DNA of 64,000 nucleotides from Macrostomum lignano (lineage: Eukaryota). A model generated the notes under the pieces. The model saw nothing but the letters and a program-made list of their open reading frames with translations, made no database searches and was not told the DNA's origin. Position numbers and translations under genes: made by a program. Below are positions 22,857-34,800 of the stretch, in pieces (within the stretch, counting starts at the first letter, position 1; each line of letters begins with the position of its first letter). Location of the stretch: positions 330,026 to 394,025 of the forward strand of contig NIVC01000978.1 of the NCBI GenBank assembly GCA_002269645.1, written 5' to 3'.

Positions 22857-23560
22857 GTGCTGGCGCTGGCGCTCGGTGCTGGCGCCCCTTGATGCTGGCG
22901 CCCCTTGGTGCTGGCGCCCCTTGGTGCTGGCGCCCCTTGGTGCTAAAGCCCCTTGGTGCTGGCGCCCCTTGGTGCTAAAGCCCCTTGGTGCTAAAGCCCC
23001 TTGGTGCTGGCGCCCCTTGGTGCTAAAGCCCCTTGGTGCTAAAGCCCCTTGGTGCTGGCGCCCCTTGGTGCTGGCGCCCCTTGGTGCTAAAGCCCCTTGG
23101 TGCTGGCGCCCCTTGGTGCTAAAGCCCCTTGGTGCTAAAGCCCCTTGGTGCTAAAGCCCCTTGGTGCTAAAGCCCCTTGGTGCTAAAGCCTCTTGGTGCT
23201 AAAGCCCCTTGGTGCTAAAGCCCCTTGGTGCTAAAGCCCCTTGGTGCTAAAGCCCCTTGGTGCTAAAGCCCCTTGGTGCTAAAGCCCCTTGGTGCTAAAG
23301 CCCCTTGGTGCTAAAGCCCCTTGGTGCTAAAGCCCCTTGGTGCTAAAGCCCCTTGGTGCTAAAGCCCCTTGGTGCTAAAGCCCCTTGGTGCTAAAGCCCC
23401 TTGGTGCTAAAGCCCCTTGGTGCTAAAGCCCCTTGGTACTAAAGCCCCTTGGTACTAAAGCCCCTTGGTACTAAAGCCCCTTGGTACTAAAGCCCCAATT
23501 GGTACTAAAGCCCCGTAATTGGTGCTAAAGCCCCTTGGTGCTGGCGTCCCCCTTGTGCCT
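22857..23560. repeat. 16-bp minisatellite (CCCCTTGGTGCTGGCG grading into CCCCTTGGTGCTAAAG), about 43 copies
   Basis: Read directly from the sequence. The unit variant changes from left to right. Confidence 0.95.
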
Positions 23561-23661
23561 GGCGCCCACTGGATCGTGCGGCGCCCGCTGGTGTATTTAC
23601 ATGAAATATGGCACCACTCCAATCACGCATCACTTCATTACCCCAATATTGGAGATATTAC

Positions 23662-23910
23662 TGTTGTGTATTGCAAAGGCATGCAATGCGTAGGGATAGT
23701 TCGGGGACAGGGTTTCTAGAAACTTCCACAGCAGGACTTGTTTACGCATTGTTCGAGAAGTTTCCTCCCCCGGTCTTTCTAGAACTTTCCTTCCCCACAT
23801 GCATAAATATACGAGCCGCCCTCCTATTGGCCAAGCCCTCTTTTGGTGCCACTGAGCGCCCGGATAATTATCTATCTTGTTTCTGCGTTCGTTAATTCAA
23901 CAACAGAACA
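23662..23910 (+). repeat. 5' LTR (249 bp)
   Basis: Near-identical to 26084-26330. TG...CA ends and a CATAAATATA TATA-like element. Confidence 0.95.
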
Positions 23911-23911
23911 T

Positions 23912-23926
23912 TGGCGACGAGGATGG
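23912..23926 (+). promoter_or_regulatory. Primer-binding site, probably tRNA-Ser(GCU)
   Basis: TGGCGACGAGGATGG lies 1 nt after the LTR. It is complementary to a ...CCAUCCUCGUCG-CCA tRNA 3' end, recalled for tRNA-Ser(GCU). Confidence 0.75.
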
Positions 23927-25986
23927 CGGCTAGCATCCCCGCACCCACGCCCTTCCTGGCGAACTGCGGATCACCGACAGTACCATGGAGCCGATGGATT
24001 GAGGCCTTTGAATTTTATTACGAGGCGGCCCAATTCAAGGAGCCCGAAGGGAAGGAAGAGGCGAAACCGCTGAAGAAGAGCCTTCTGCTCCATCTGCTTG
24101 GATTCGAAGGTCAGCGGGTTGCTCGAGCACGCCAAGCAATCAAGGAGAACGACACGTTCGCAGCAACTAAGGCGGAGCTCGAGAAGATCTTCGGCGAGAA
24201 GCCCAACGTGATAGTAGCCAGATATCGCTTCCGCCAGCGCCAGCAGCTACCCGGCGAGGACGTCAAGACCTTCGTGGCAGCCCTGAGGGAGCTGACGGAG
24301 CTGTGCAACTACGGCGCGATACAGGACGATCTCATCAGAGACCAGCTGGCTGAGAAGACCAGTAACCCCAGAATCCGAGAGAGGCTGCTGACGGAGAAGG
24401 TGGAGGACCTCAACCTGGCGAAAGCACTCAGCATCGCGGTCTCCATCGAGGAAGCCTCCAAAGAAGCCAAGGCGATGGCGCCATCAACCTCGAGCACGGC
24501 AGCCGTCCAATCGATCCGACAGCCGAGGGGCCAGAAGGTCGCTGCAAAGGGGAGGCACCGCCCAGCACCAGCTGGCAGGACGGCCAAACCCGGCGGCGCC
24601 TGCACGCGCTGTGGGCGAGACCACGGACCGACGACCCACTGTCCGGCCAAGGGCAAGACATGCGAGGCCTGTGGCAAGAAGAACCACTTCCGGAGTTGCT
24701 GTCGCAGCCAGCAGGCTGCTGTCAATGCCGCGGACGAGGTGATCACAGTCTACGCAGTGCCGGGTGGCGACAGGGAGGTCCGGGCGACGCTGGAACTCGG
24801 ACCGGACAGGACCGCTGTCAGCCTGATGGTGGACTGCGGCGCAAGGGTGTCGCTGCTGTCCCGACAGACCGCCGACCGGATCTCAGGTGCAGTCACCTCT
24901 CCCACTACGACGAAGCTGCGTGCCTACGGCGGACTGCCGATCCAGCTAAGTGGTGTCACCGAGCTGGAGGTGCGCTACGGCGACAAGGCGATGCAGCACC
25001 GGTTCTTCGTTGCGCCAGGCGGCGACAACATCGTCGGTAGAGACCTGATGGAGAAGCTGGGCTTCCGAGTCGACCTTAGCGGGCAGCCGCTCAGAATCGC
25101 GAAAGTCAGCGACTTGACGGCGGACTTGCAGGCGCGGTACCCAACGACCTTCAGCGGTGCGATAGGATGCTGCGCCGGCGCTGTACACCAGCCCAAGGTC
25201 GACCCAGCAGTGCGACCCGTCCAGCAGCCACTCCGCCGCCTGCCCCTCATGCGACAGGAGCAGGTCGGTGCCGAACTCGACAAGATGGAGAAGGACGGCA
25301 TCATCGAGCGAGTTCTCGGACTTCCTGGCCGAGCAGGGCATCCGGCACGTCAAGACCAGCCTCTACCATCCGCAGACCAACGGCCAGACGGAGCGTCTCA
25401 ATCGGTCGCTGCTCGCCAGCATCAGAGCGGCCATGGCGGAGAACAGGCCGTTTCAAGACGCCGTGACCAACTTCTTGTCTGCCTACCGGAGCTCCAAGCA
25501 CAGCCTGACGGGCAAGTCACCGGCCGAGCTCATGCTGGGTCGGAAGTGGCGCACCGCGATCACCATGCTGTCTCCCGGAGGGGGAATGACAACGACCGAG
25601 GCGACGCCTCAGGCACTGCGGCAGCAAATCGAGGCGCGGCAGCAGCAGATCAAGGCCTACACCGATGCCAGACGAAGGGCCCGCCCCGAGACGTTCCACC
25701 CCGGCGAGTGGGTGAAAATCCGACGGCCCACCAAGAAGGGCAAACTGGGTACCCGCCTCTCACAGCCACTAGAAGTGCTCCGCCAGGCGGGACACCACGC
25801 GTTCGAGCTCAGCGACGGCACCAGGTGGAACCAGCAGCGGCTGACCCGAACGCCGCACCCGGCACAGCCGAGAGAGCGGTTCGACCCACTGGTGGACTCG
25901 GCGCCAACGACCGGAGCCGGCACGGCGGCACCGGCGGCACCGGCGGCGGAGCCTCCGGCAAGAACAGCAGCGCCCCGCCGATCTGA
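23923..25986 (+). CDS. Gag (two Cys/His knuckles) - aspartic protease - truncated RT, followed by out-of-frame read-through of integrase DNA
   Basis: ATG at 23923. CTRCGRDH...C and CEACGKKNHFRSCC knuckles, LMVDCGARVSLL protease site, QPLRRLP...ELDKMEKDGIIERV RT N-terminus. Similarity stops at about 25310. Confidence 0.85.
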   Translation: MAASIPAPTPFLANCGSPTVPWSRWIEAFEFYYEAAQFKEPEGKEEAKPLKKSLLLHLLGFEGQRVARARQAIKENDTFAATKAELEKIFGEKPNVIVARYRFRQRQQLPGEDVKTFVAALRELTELCNYGAIQDDLIRDQLAEKTSNPRIRERLLTEKVEDLNLAKALSIAVSIEEASKEAKAMAPSTSSTAAVQSIRQPRGQKVAAKGRHRPAPAGRTAKPGGACTRCGRDHGPTTHCPAKGKTCEACGKKNHFRSCCRSQQAAVNAADEVITVYAVPGGDREVRATLELGPDRTAVSLMVDCGARVSLLSRQTADRISGAVTSPTTTKLRAYGGLPIQLSGVTELEVRYGDKAMQHRFFVAPGGDNIVGRDLMEKLGFRVDLSGQPLRIAKVSDLTADLQARYPTTFSGAIGCCAGAVHQPKVDPAVRPVQQPLRRLPLMRQEQVGAELDKMEKDGIIERVLGLPGRAGHPARQDQPLPSADQRPDGASQSVAARQHQSGHGGEQAVSRRRDQLLVCLPELQAQPDGQVTGRAHAGSEVAHRDHHAVSRRGNDNDRGDASGTAAANRGAAAADQGLHRCQTKGPPRDVPPRRVGENPTAHQEGQTGYPPLTATRSAPPGGTPRVRAQRRHQVEPAAADPNAAPGTAERAVRPTGGLGANDRSRHGGTGGTGGGASGKNSSAPPI

Positions 25987-26044
25987 GCGAGCCAGGCACC
26001 CGCCGATACGCTACATGAACTGCCGCTGGGACCGATCAAAGTGA
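25306..26044 (+). pseudogene. Integrase C-terminal half, out of frame with gag-pro
   Basis: SEFSDFLAEQGIRHVKTSLYHPQTNGQTERLNRSL...HSLTGKSPAELMLGR and FHPGEWVKIR. It lacks the HHCC region and the first two catalytic Asp residues. Confidence 0.85.
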
Positions 26045-26083
26045 AGCTTGGGGACTTTTGGACTCCTTGAAGGAGGGGAAGAA

Positions 26084-26330
26084 TGTTGTGTATTGCAAAG
26101 GCATGCAATGCGTAGGGATAGTTCGGGGACAGGGTTTCTAGAAACTTCCACAGCAGGACTTGTTTACGCATTGTTCGAGAAGTTTCCTCCCCCGGTCTTT
26201 CTAGAACTCCTTCCCCGCGTGCATAAATATACTAGCCGCCCTCCTATTGGCCAAGCCCTCTTTTGGTGCCACTGAGCGCCCGGATAATTATCTATCTTGT
26301 TTCTGCGTTCGTTAATTCAACAACAGAACA
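26084..26330 (+). repeat. 3' LTR (247 bp)
   Basis: Differs from the 5' LTR by 3 substitutions and one 2-nt indel. Followed by the TSD ATTAC. Confidence 0.95.
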
Positions 26331-26990
26331 ATTACCCCAATATCGACTAAAAATTAAGTGCGGTACACATTCATTGAGCAAAATCCATACAGACTCGGCC
26401 ATGCATATTTTCGATACTCAAAAAAGTAGGCTTTAGCCCGCCCTGATCCCAACCCCTTCTCTCCACTCACGTTCAGCTCTTTGATCCCCGCGTTGGTCAC
26501 GACTCTGTCACCACCCCATACAGCAATCCGATGTTGAGGTTCGACGTACGTCAGCAACATGCGTGTATACATCCGCGTCGACGTTTAATTTCGACGTCTT
26601 ACATGTGTATTGACGCCGCGCTGGCAAATGGGTACTTTTGATCAGTTCAGTGCTACAGTTTCAGTAGTTTTATTTGTTTAACCAGTCTTAATTACTGCCA
26701 ACAATGCAATGTACATTAACATAAAGTTAAAATTCGTACAGTTTTAATTACATTTGCATAAAATTATAGTGCTGATCATATATGGGAAGGATTTTATTGC
26801 CTAGTTTATAGGGAAAACGTACGCTACACCGTGTTAATCTCACCATGCAAAAACTGCTTTTGGCCTGAAGTAGCTACTGTATGCATGGTGTTGGGTCTAA
26901 CTACGACTTTACATGTATCTCGTATCCGGGTCTACATGTATATATTGCGGGTCTATGAAAATTGACTGGCACAATTTTCCCCATTTTCCT

Positions 26991-27073
26991 ACGACAATTG
27001 ACTGGCACAATTCACTCAAGAAATTGTCCCCAGTCAAATTAAAAAAAGTCTAATTGTGCCAGTCAATTGTCGT
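26991..27073. repeat. 83-bp hairpin with perfect 22-bp inverted arms (tiny MITE-like)
   Basis: ACGACAATTGACTGGCACAATT (26991-27012) is the exact reverse complement of 27052-27073. An extra partial direct copy lies at 26959-26976. Confidence 0.85.
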
Positions 27074-28877
27074 GCACCCACATCTATTTTAATTATCAAA
27101 TTATAGGGTTTTTTGCTAAACAGCGGTTGGTGGCAGAATGCTACTCATAGTACCATGGTCCGGGACGTACATCCAGAAGGACCAGAATATAGGATCAGAA
27201 TGATTTGATCAAAACGCAGAGTAAAACCGTCTTCATGAAAACAGCCCCTCTGCTCAGATCTTTACGAACTTCTATAGTTTTACTCACATATTTAAATGCT
27301 CTATTTACTTTATTTAGCGTTACTTCAAAATGTAACAGGCCTAAATTAAACAAGTACATGCTTAAATAAATCCGTTTGAAACAGATTTAGGTTTTAAACC
27401 ATAGGGTTCAAAATTTATTTTCATCGATAAAGAGAATTAGTTTAAATATTTGAACTGCTTGCTTGCAGCAGCAGCGGGACGACAGATTCAATTTTTCAGT
27501 TATTGTGAATTGTATGTGTGGTAGGCCGGTCTACCACTGGGGCTTCGGCAACAGTTGGCGACGCGCGGAACGCCTCCACCCGGCGGACGATTCTTTGACG
27601 TCATTTCGGCTCCCCCGGTTGAACTATCTTCTCCCCCCCGTTGTTCCCACCCCCGCGGTCCATCAGTTGCCCCTTCCCTTGGTCCCGCTTTGTTTTGCCG
27701 TTTTCCACCCGGGTTTGTCCACTTTTTCCCACCGGTGTTCCCCCCTGTGTTCCCCCTGGTGTCCCCCTGATTGTTTTTTGCGTTCTTTTGGTATTTAATC
27801 CTTGGCGTTGCTTTAGTTTGTCAACCCCCCTTTTCCATCTTTTCCTTCTTTCTTCTTGGTTGTTTTAGTTTGATCTTATAGGCCGAGACTTAACTTAGCC
27901 TTATTATAGTTTTCTGATAGTTGCACGGCACTGTCTCGTAATCATCCGTCTAATTGTAGTGTGTAACAATTACTCTATCGCCTAACTTCATTTAAGTCAA
28001 TTAGCTTGTCTTTTATTCAATTAACTTCGTGAGTAATAATAATTTTCTTAATCACTGACTACCGCAAAATAAATCGATATAATAAATAACGAGCAATAAT
28101 AATAAGTTTTATATTAAATTTATCCAGTTAAACTTCATCGAAGCCGTTAGTTTATATTGAGTTTTTTGCCCGCGGGGCGTAAAATAACCAATCAGTCTCA
28201 ACTCAAAGAAAGCTCTGAGACCCTCAACGTTCCGTAAAACGACATTTACGGTGGTGGCAGCGCTACTTTACTACCGAGAGTAACACAACTAGCAATCTCG
28301 ACGAATTACGAGTTTACGGTGTCTGAGGACCCATTCTGAACGACTCGGGCCGCTACTAGACCGCTCGACTGCGATTACGACTACCCTCCCCCCGGAATTG
28401 AGGACCCGGCAGACGGAGTAACCAAGGAGAAGAATCAGCGCATGAATTCGTGCATTTTCCGGCTTTATTCGTGCTTCTACAACGCCGGCGGCAATTCAAA
28501 CGAGGAATCCGCCCCACCTCACTGGTGTCAGCAAATTTTCGAAACCGAGAGTTTCCAAGAAAAATTCTTCTCCACCCCAGCTCATATGACCGCGCACACG
28601 CGCACGCACGCACGTTAACTGTAGTGGTAAGCTTGTTGACCTTAGCCCTCCGTCTCCGGTAACCAGTCACAACCACGACAAATCCCAGATCTCTCTGTCC
28701 TCGTCTTGGCTTCGGATTACTTCTAACCAGCCCTCCAGAATCAGCATTGAGTTAGACTGAGAGCTTGACGAGTTTTAAACTTGAATTAAGGTTAAGCAGC
28801 ATAGATTGCTATAGAAAAGTTTTATTAATATAGGATAGGATTTTAAGCCTACTAAAGTATCCTGAGAAATTCAGACA

Positions 28878-31800
28878 ATGTCATTTTTTATTATTTCTTT
28901 CTTTGTCTTGGTTGCAATGTGTGTTGGGTTATATTTTTATTCAAGAAAGAGTGGGACTAAAATTGAAGGCAGCAGTGATCCAGGATTTGTATACTTTAGA
29001 AATCTCTACTTGGTTGTTTATCTTCTTGGAATGGGTAAGTGTACTTATTTTATTTTTTATTATATAGCCTAGCTAGGACCTATTCTGACCATTTAATAGT
29101 TCACTATTGACTTGACCTAGGCCTAAGCCAGAGCCATCCTGGCTAATTTGATTATATAAAAGATCTTTTAATCCCCTATATTATACACCACACTTATAGA
29201 CACGGCCGCCATGTCTATTTAAGTTTCTGCATTAGATATAGCCACCATGTCTAAGTATGAATATAGACCTAGTCACTATTAGAGACATGGCCGCCGTGTC
29301 AATGAAACTTGCATGGCAGCCGTGTCATTAATATTGAATGGGTTCACACTTAGAGACATGGTGGGTGGCTGTATAATTGCTGATATACATGTAAGCACAT
29401 TAAATTCAACTTTAATTATTACAATATGGCATAATTCCATTGTTACTAATAGCCTTTTTTATTATAATATAAAATATAACCAATACTTATCAATAGTATA
29501 TTTATAATGACTTTTTGATATATAGTAAGCTCTATAAGGTTCCTGATAGAAGAAACAAATTAATTTAAAATGGTTCTTTGACATGGCTACCCTAGAAGAC
29601 ATTGACATTGATGTATTGATTCTTAATAGATCTTATTTATCTTCTTAGGTTGCTCCACAAGTACTTGCAAGAATGTGCAAGTTTGACTTACAGATATAGC
29701 TACATATATAATTGTGGCTGCACTTTAAGATTTAGTGTTACTCTTATTAAAAATTTAATTTAATTTAATTGTAATATTTTATTTTAATTAAAAAACTTTA
29801 AAAGTTTAGGATGCAAAAATTTCTGTTTACTAAAAAAATTTCAAATAAAAAAACTGAGTACTTGAGATTTAAACCTTGCTATATGCAATCACAAGGCAAT
29901 TGAGACATATCTACTAAGCTATCATTTGCTTATAAGAGAGCCTTATAGAACATGCATTTTATATCAATGATTATAGCCATGCCTATAAGCTCCAATATTA
30001 TAGGCACGGCTACTGTGCCATGCTTATAAACTCTAATATTATAGATACAGCTGCCGTGCCATGCCTATAAACTCCAATATTAGAGACACGGCCGCCATGC
30101 CATGCCTATAAGCTCTAATATTATAGACATGGCTGCCATGCCTATAAGCTCCAATATTATAGACACGGCTGCCATGCCTATAAGCTCCAATATTATAGAC
30201 ACGGCTGCCATGCCTATAAGCTCCAATATTATAGACACGGCTGCCGTGCCTATAAGCTCCAATATTATAGACATGGCTGCCATGTCATGCCTATAAGCTC
30301 CAATATTATAGACAGGGCTGCCATGCCATGCCTATAAGCTCCAATATTATAGACACGGCTGCCATGCCTATAAGCTCCAATATTATAGACATGGCTGCCA
30401 TGCCCTTAAGCTCCAATATTATAAACACGGCTGTCGTGCCTATAAGCTCCAATATTATAGACACGGCTGCCATGCTGTGCCTATAAGCTCCAATATTATA
30501 GACAAGGCTGCCATTGAAACGAAAAATTATATGGCTTTTTCCCATATTATCGTTTCCTTCTGCCAACAGTTCAGGAAGACAACGAACAATGGACCTCGAT
30601 GGTAACTTTCTCTGTGTGATCTCTAGAGTCACATTCTCAAACTTCAGGCGAGGATCTTTCCTCTTCAATCAGTATATTTTATAAGCTAGCACACTGTACG
30701 CAAGCAACGAGGAATAGGAGCAGTAGGGGGAGAGAGTGGGATTTCAAGGCCCAATAGGCAGTGTCGGTCAGAGGTTGTGCATGCATCACGCGAGGGTCGC
30801 ATGGCTGGGCTTCTTGCTCGCCGATCATCAGGACTATTTTTAGGCATGCAGATCTTGTGCATCTGGGGAGTTGCTGCCAAGGCTGGATGCTTGTTCACGC
30901 ATCACGCGCGTGTCGGCTGATTTCTCCCATCCTCTTGCTATCGGCGCCTTCGTTTCACTTCAGTCGCTCTTTTTTCAGGGAAGCGAGGCCCTCCAAGCTC
31001 TGTTGAAAATAAGCTTGGAGCAATGATGACATGGCGTACAGTTGTGCATTTGCTTGCGATACGCAGTCCTACTTGGTAACTTGCAATTGAGTTGATGTTG
31101 TTGAAACACGAAACTTGGTCAAGGGGCAAAGTGAACTTGTGACAACAGTGGATGAATTGTACCAGCATATCCTCTTGACTATTTAATCAGATCTGAGAGG
31201 GGGTTGACGTGAACTCGGAAACTCGACAAATTGAATGGGCTTTTCGATGCCCTAAACAGTGACGCAAATAGGACTGGACACGGAGACTCGACAAATTGAA
31301 ACAGCGTCTGGTAGACAGTCAGATCGGGATGCTGGCTGAAGGTACATTGCAGTTAAATAGGACGTCGAAAAATACCGTCTTGACCAAATTGATTGTGTAG
31401 ATCTCTCAACGAGAGTTTCTTCTTGGAAGGGTAAACTGCGTCGCTTCTTGATCTTCGTCCATTGGTCTTGTTTAGTTCGAAGTTTTCCTTTACTGAAGGC
31501 AGGAAAGTCTCAGTTCTCGATTCATTCGAATGGCTGTTGAAGACATGCAGCAGAGCGATAACTGCATGGGGTATCTGAGACTTCTGTCTAGCGGCGACTC
31601 ACGCAGTCAGTGGAACCAATTGAAACGAAAAATTATATGGCTTTTTCCCATATTATCGTTTCCTTCTGCCAACAGTTCAGGAAGACAACGAACAATGGAC
31701 CTCAATGGTAACTTTCTCTGTGTGATCTCTAGAGTCACATTCTCAAACTTCAGGTGAGGATCTTTCCTCTTCAATCAGTATATTTTATAAGCTAGCACAC

Positions 31801-34800
31801 TGTACGCAAGCAACGAGGAATAGGAGCAGTAGGGGGAGAGAGTGGGATTTCAAGGCCCAATAGGCAGTGTCGGTCAGAGGTTGTGCATGCATCACGTGAG
31901 GGTCGCATGGCTGGGCTTCTTGCTCGCCGATCATCAGGACTATTTTTAGGCATGCAGATCTTGTGCATCTGGGGAGTTGCTGCCAAGGCTGGATGCTTGT
32001 TCACGCATCACGCGCGTGTCGGCTGATTTCTCCCATCCTCTTGCTATCGGCGCCTTCGTTTCACTTCAATTTTAATAAATTGCCTAAATTATCTCTTATT
32101 CATGGTTAACAGTGATTTTGTCTAATTTTTTATTTGCCTTTTGTTTTGCCATCTTTTTGTTACACTAATTTTTATAGTAGGTTATTTTGTTTGCCAATTT
32201 GGTTATTTTGGTTGCTATTAGTTTGAGTCTCAATTGGACTTTTCCAAATTGTAATAAAATGTATACAATAATATATGCTTAGGCACAACCTAGGGATTCA
32301 GCTGGCCATTTCTATTGGCAATACACATAAGTCACTATTGGACAGAATAATAGTCACATGACTGCTTTCAGCCAATAGTGATTTACATGTGTGTTGCCAA
32401 TGGAAATGGCCAAGTGATTCCCAAGGTTGTGCATGTAAATATAAGGGGTATCCCAAAAGTTCTTGGAATGTCTGATGTAGCTCTTCAATGGAGCCGGGAA
32501 ATTTCCTGCCCATGGTGTCAAATTAAAGGAAATTTTGTCACAAAGAAAACAAAGTTAAAATCATGTTGATAATATTGATATCTTTTTTTATTTAGGAGCT
32601 GCAGCAAAAAAACATGTGCAAAGGTCAGGGGTAGTGTTACACAATCTCAAAAATCTATGGCAATGATTTTAAACAATAAACACAGAACAGTTCATACCAT
32701 TGATGAATCCTTGGGGCATGCACCAATTAAAAATTCAAAGCAAATCATCAAGCTCAACCTGTGGCTTCTCTATGTAGTCCCCATTCAGTTGGACACACCT
32801 CTGCCACCTTGAAAGCATGCTGTTGATGGCCTGGCCAAAAACAGTTTCAATCTGTTGATAGGATGTCTCGCCACCCAACGTGCAAGAATGGCCAGAGCGT
32901 GGCTGATAATTCATAGCAGACTGGCCATCTCTAAAGTGTTCGATCCATCTATAAATGGCAGCTTTTTCAGGCTGTTCTTGATGAGAGATTAGACATTTTA
33001 ACTTTGTTTTCTTTGTGACAAGATTTATTTTCATTTGACACCATGGGCATGAAATTTCACGGCTCCATTGAAGAGCTATATTAGACATTCCGGAAACTTT
33101 TGGGACAACCCTCGTAATAGTAAAATGTGCTATGCAAAAATTGTAAATATAACTCTATAGTATATAATTTAGTAGATTCTTAGTTTTGTGCTTTGCAATA
33201 TTATTTATTAATCTAGATATTGATCTAACAGGGATTTTGTTATTCTAGAAGCCCCATCATGAAAAGTATTATCCCATTTAGATTAGTATTGCAATGGGAT
33301 GGTTGATTTTAGGTCTTAGGGCATTATTTTTAAATAGATTTTAGTAGATGTTGATCTAAGGGGGTGTACTAGAAAAGTAGGATGCATTTTTTGTCCCAAA
33401 AATTTGCAGAGAATTTGCACCAGAAGCCTCTGTCTTTACAAGCATGCTTTTTTCCTAAAAAAATTGCAGAAAGAATTTGCACCAGAAGCCCTATCTTGAC
33501 AACTACTATGTAGCTAAGCCTAAAAGACAAAAGGCAGTTTAATCAGAAAAAAAGAAACAAGCAAACAAAAAGAAAAACATAATAATAAAACAAAAAAACA
33601 AGCTAAAAATTAACCAATTATAATCCAAAGCTGGCTAATCTAGCTAGCTAGTGAAAAGCAAAAAGTTGCAAAAGTTGCAAAAATGCACACCTGAAAGAGT
33701 ATAAACTTTACTACTAGTTACTAATTAGATGATGAGGCATTTAGCCTCAATATAGATATAGTTGCTTTTGCCATCATTATTATTGCTAGCATATGATAAA
33801 ATATATTTTTTCTATTTGTTTAATTTATAAAGAGCTTCAGGTAATGGTCTATTATAATTATTATTTTATTTTACAGATAATTCATTAGAACAAAAATATT
33901 TTTATCTATTCTAGTCTTGGGCCCAAGCAACTAATAATATATAATTGTTAATATGGCCCATTTATTTAACTCCCAACTCTTATTTGCTATGATTTAATTT
34001 TATGAAAAATACTACTAAAATCATAATGCCATTTGGCACCTGGAGCCAAAAAAAGCAGGATGCTACCCTAATCACTTAAGAGTTAAATTTAAGAATTTTT
34101 CCATACCCTTTTACATTGCTAAAATAAACTCATAGCAGTATAACATAAAGCTAAAGTAAATGATAATTGTTATATAAAATGCTTCATCTTCACACCCAAT
34201 TATGTTAGCTGGCGACTGGCTGCAAGGCCCCTATGTGTACGCCCTGTATGAGCACTACAAGCTGTCCAAGCGGGATATTGAGTTCCTATTCGTTGCCGGA
34301 TTCGGAGCCAGCATGCTGTTTGGCACTGTTGTCGGCTCTTTTTCCGATAAATTTGGTCGCCAACGTAACTGCATTCTGTATGGCATTATCTACAGCTTGT
34401 CCTGTCTGACTAAGCACTCCAGCAATTTCTGGGTACTGTTGCTAGGCAGGTTGCTAGGCGGCACAGCTACTAGTATACTGTGGAGTGGCTTTGAAACCTG
34501 GCTGATACACGAGCATCATAGTAGAGGCTACAGCGATAGGCTACTAGAAGAGATTTTTAGTTGGGCCACTATCGGCAATAGCATCGTAGCCATTGTGTGC
34601 GGCGTTGCTGCCCAATACGCTGTAGACCTATTCGGCTATGTTGCTCCATTCGATATGGCTCTGATCATTCTAGTCATTATGACCGTCATTGTTTGGCTAA
34701 AATGGCCGGAAAACTACGGCGATGCCAGTGCAGATTTGAAGAAGAACTTCTCTGACGCTTTGACAACTGTGCGCACTGATAGGAGAGTCTTGTGTCTGGG

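Larger units (their letters stand above)
23662..26330 (+). mobile_element. Internally deleted Ty3/Gypsy (Mag-like) LTR retrotransposon, 2669 bp
   Basis: TG...CA LTRs at 23662-23910 and 26084-26330. The 5-bp TSD ATTAC is on both sides. PBS TGGCGACGAGGATGG at 23912, PPT GAAGGAGGGGAAGAA before 26084. Gag, protease and the start of RT are fused to the integrase C-terminal half. Confidence 0.95.

Noticed and set aside
26354-26572. 72-aa minus-strand ORF beside the 3' LTR
   Set aside because: No recognisable motif and no supporting splice context.
28245-28335. GGTGGCAGCG and GGTGTCTGAGG resemble tRNA-Leu primer-binding sites
   Set aside because: There is no adjacent TG...CA repeat pair, no gag ORF downstream, and the matches are short. 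The region is more simply the MFSD5 promoter.
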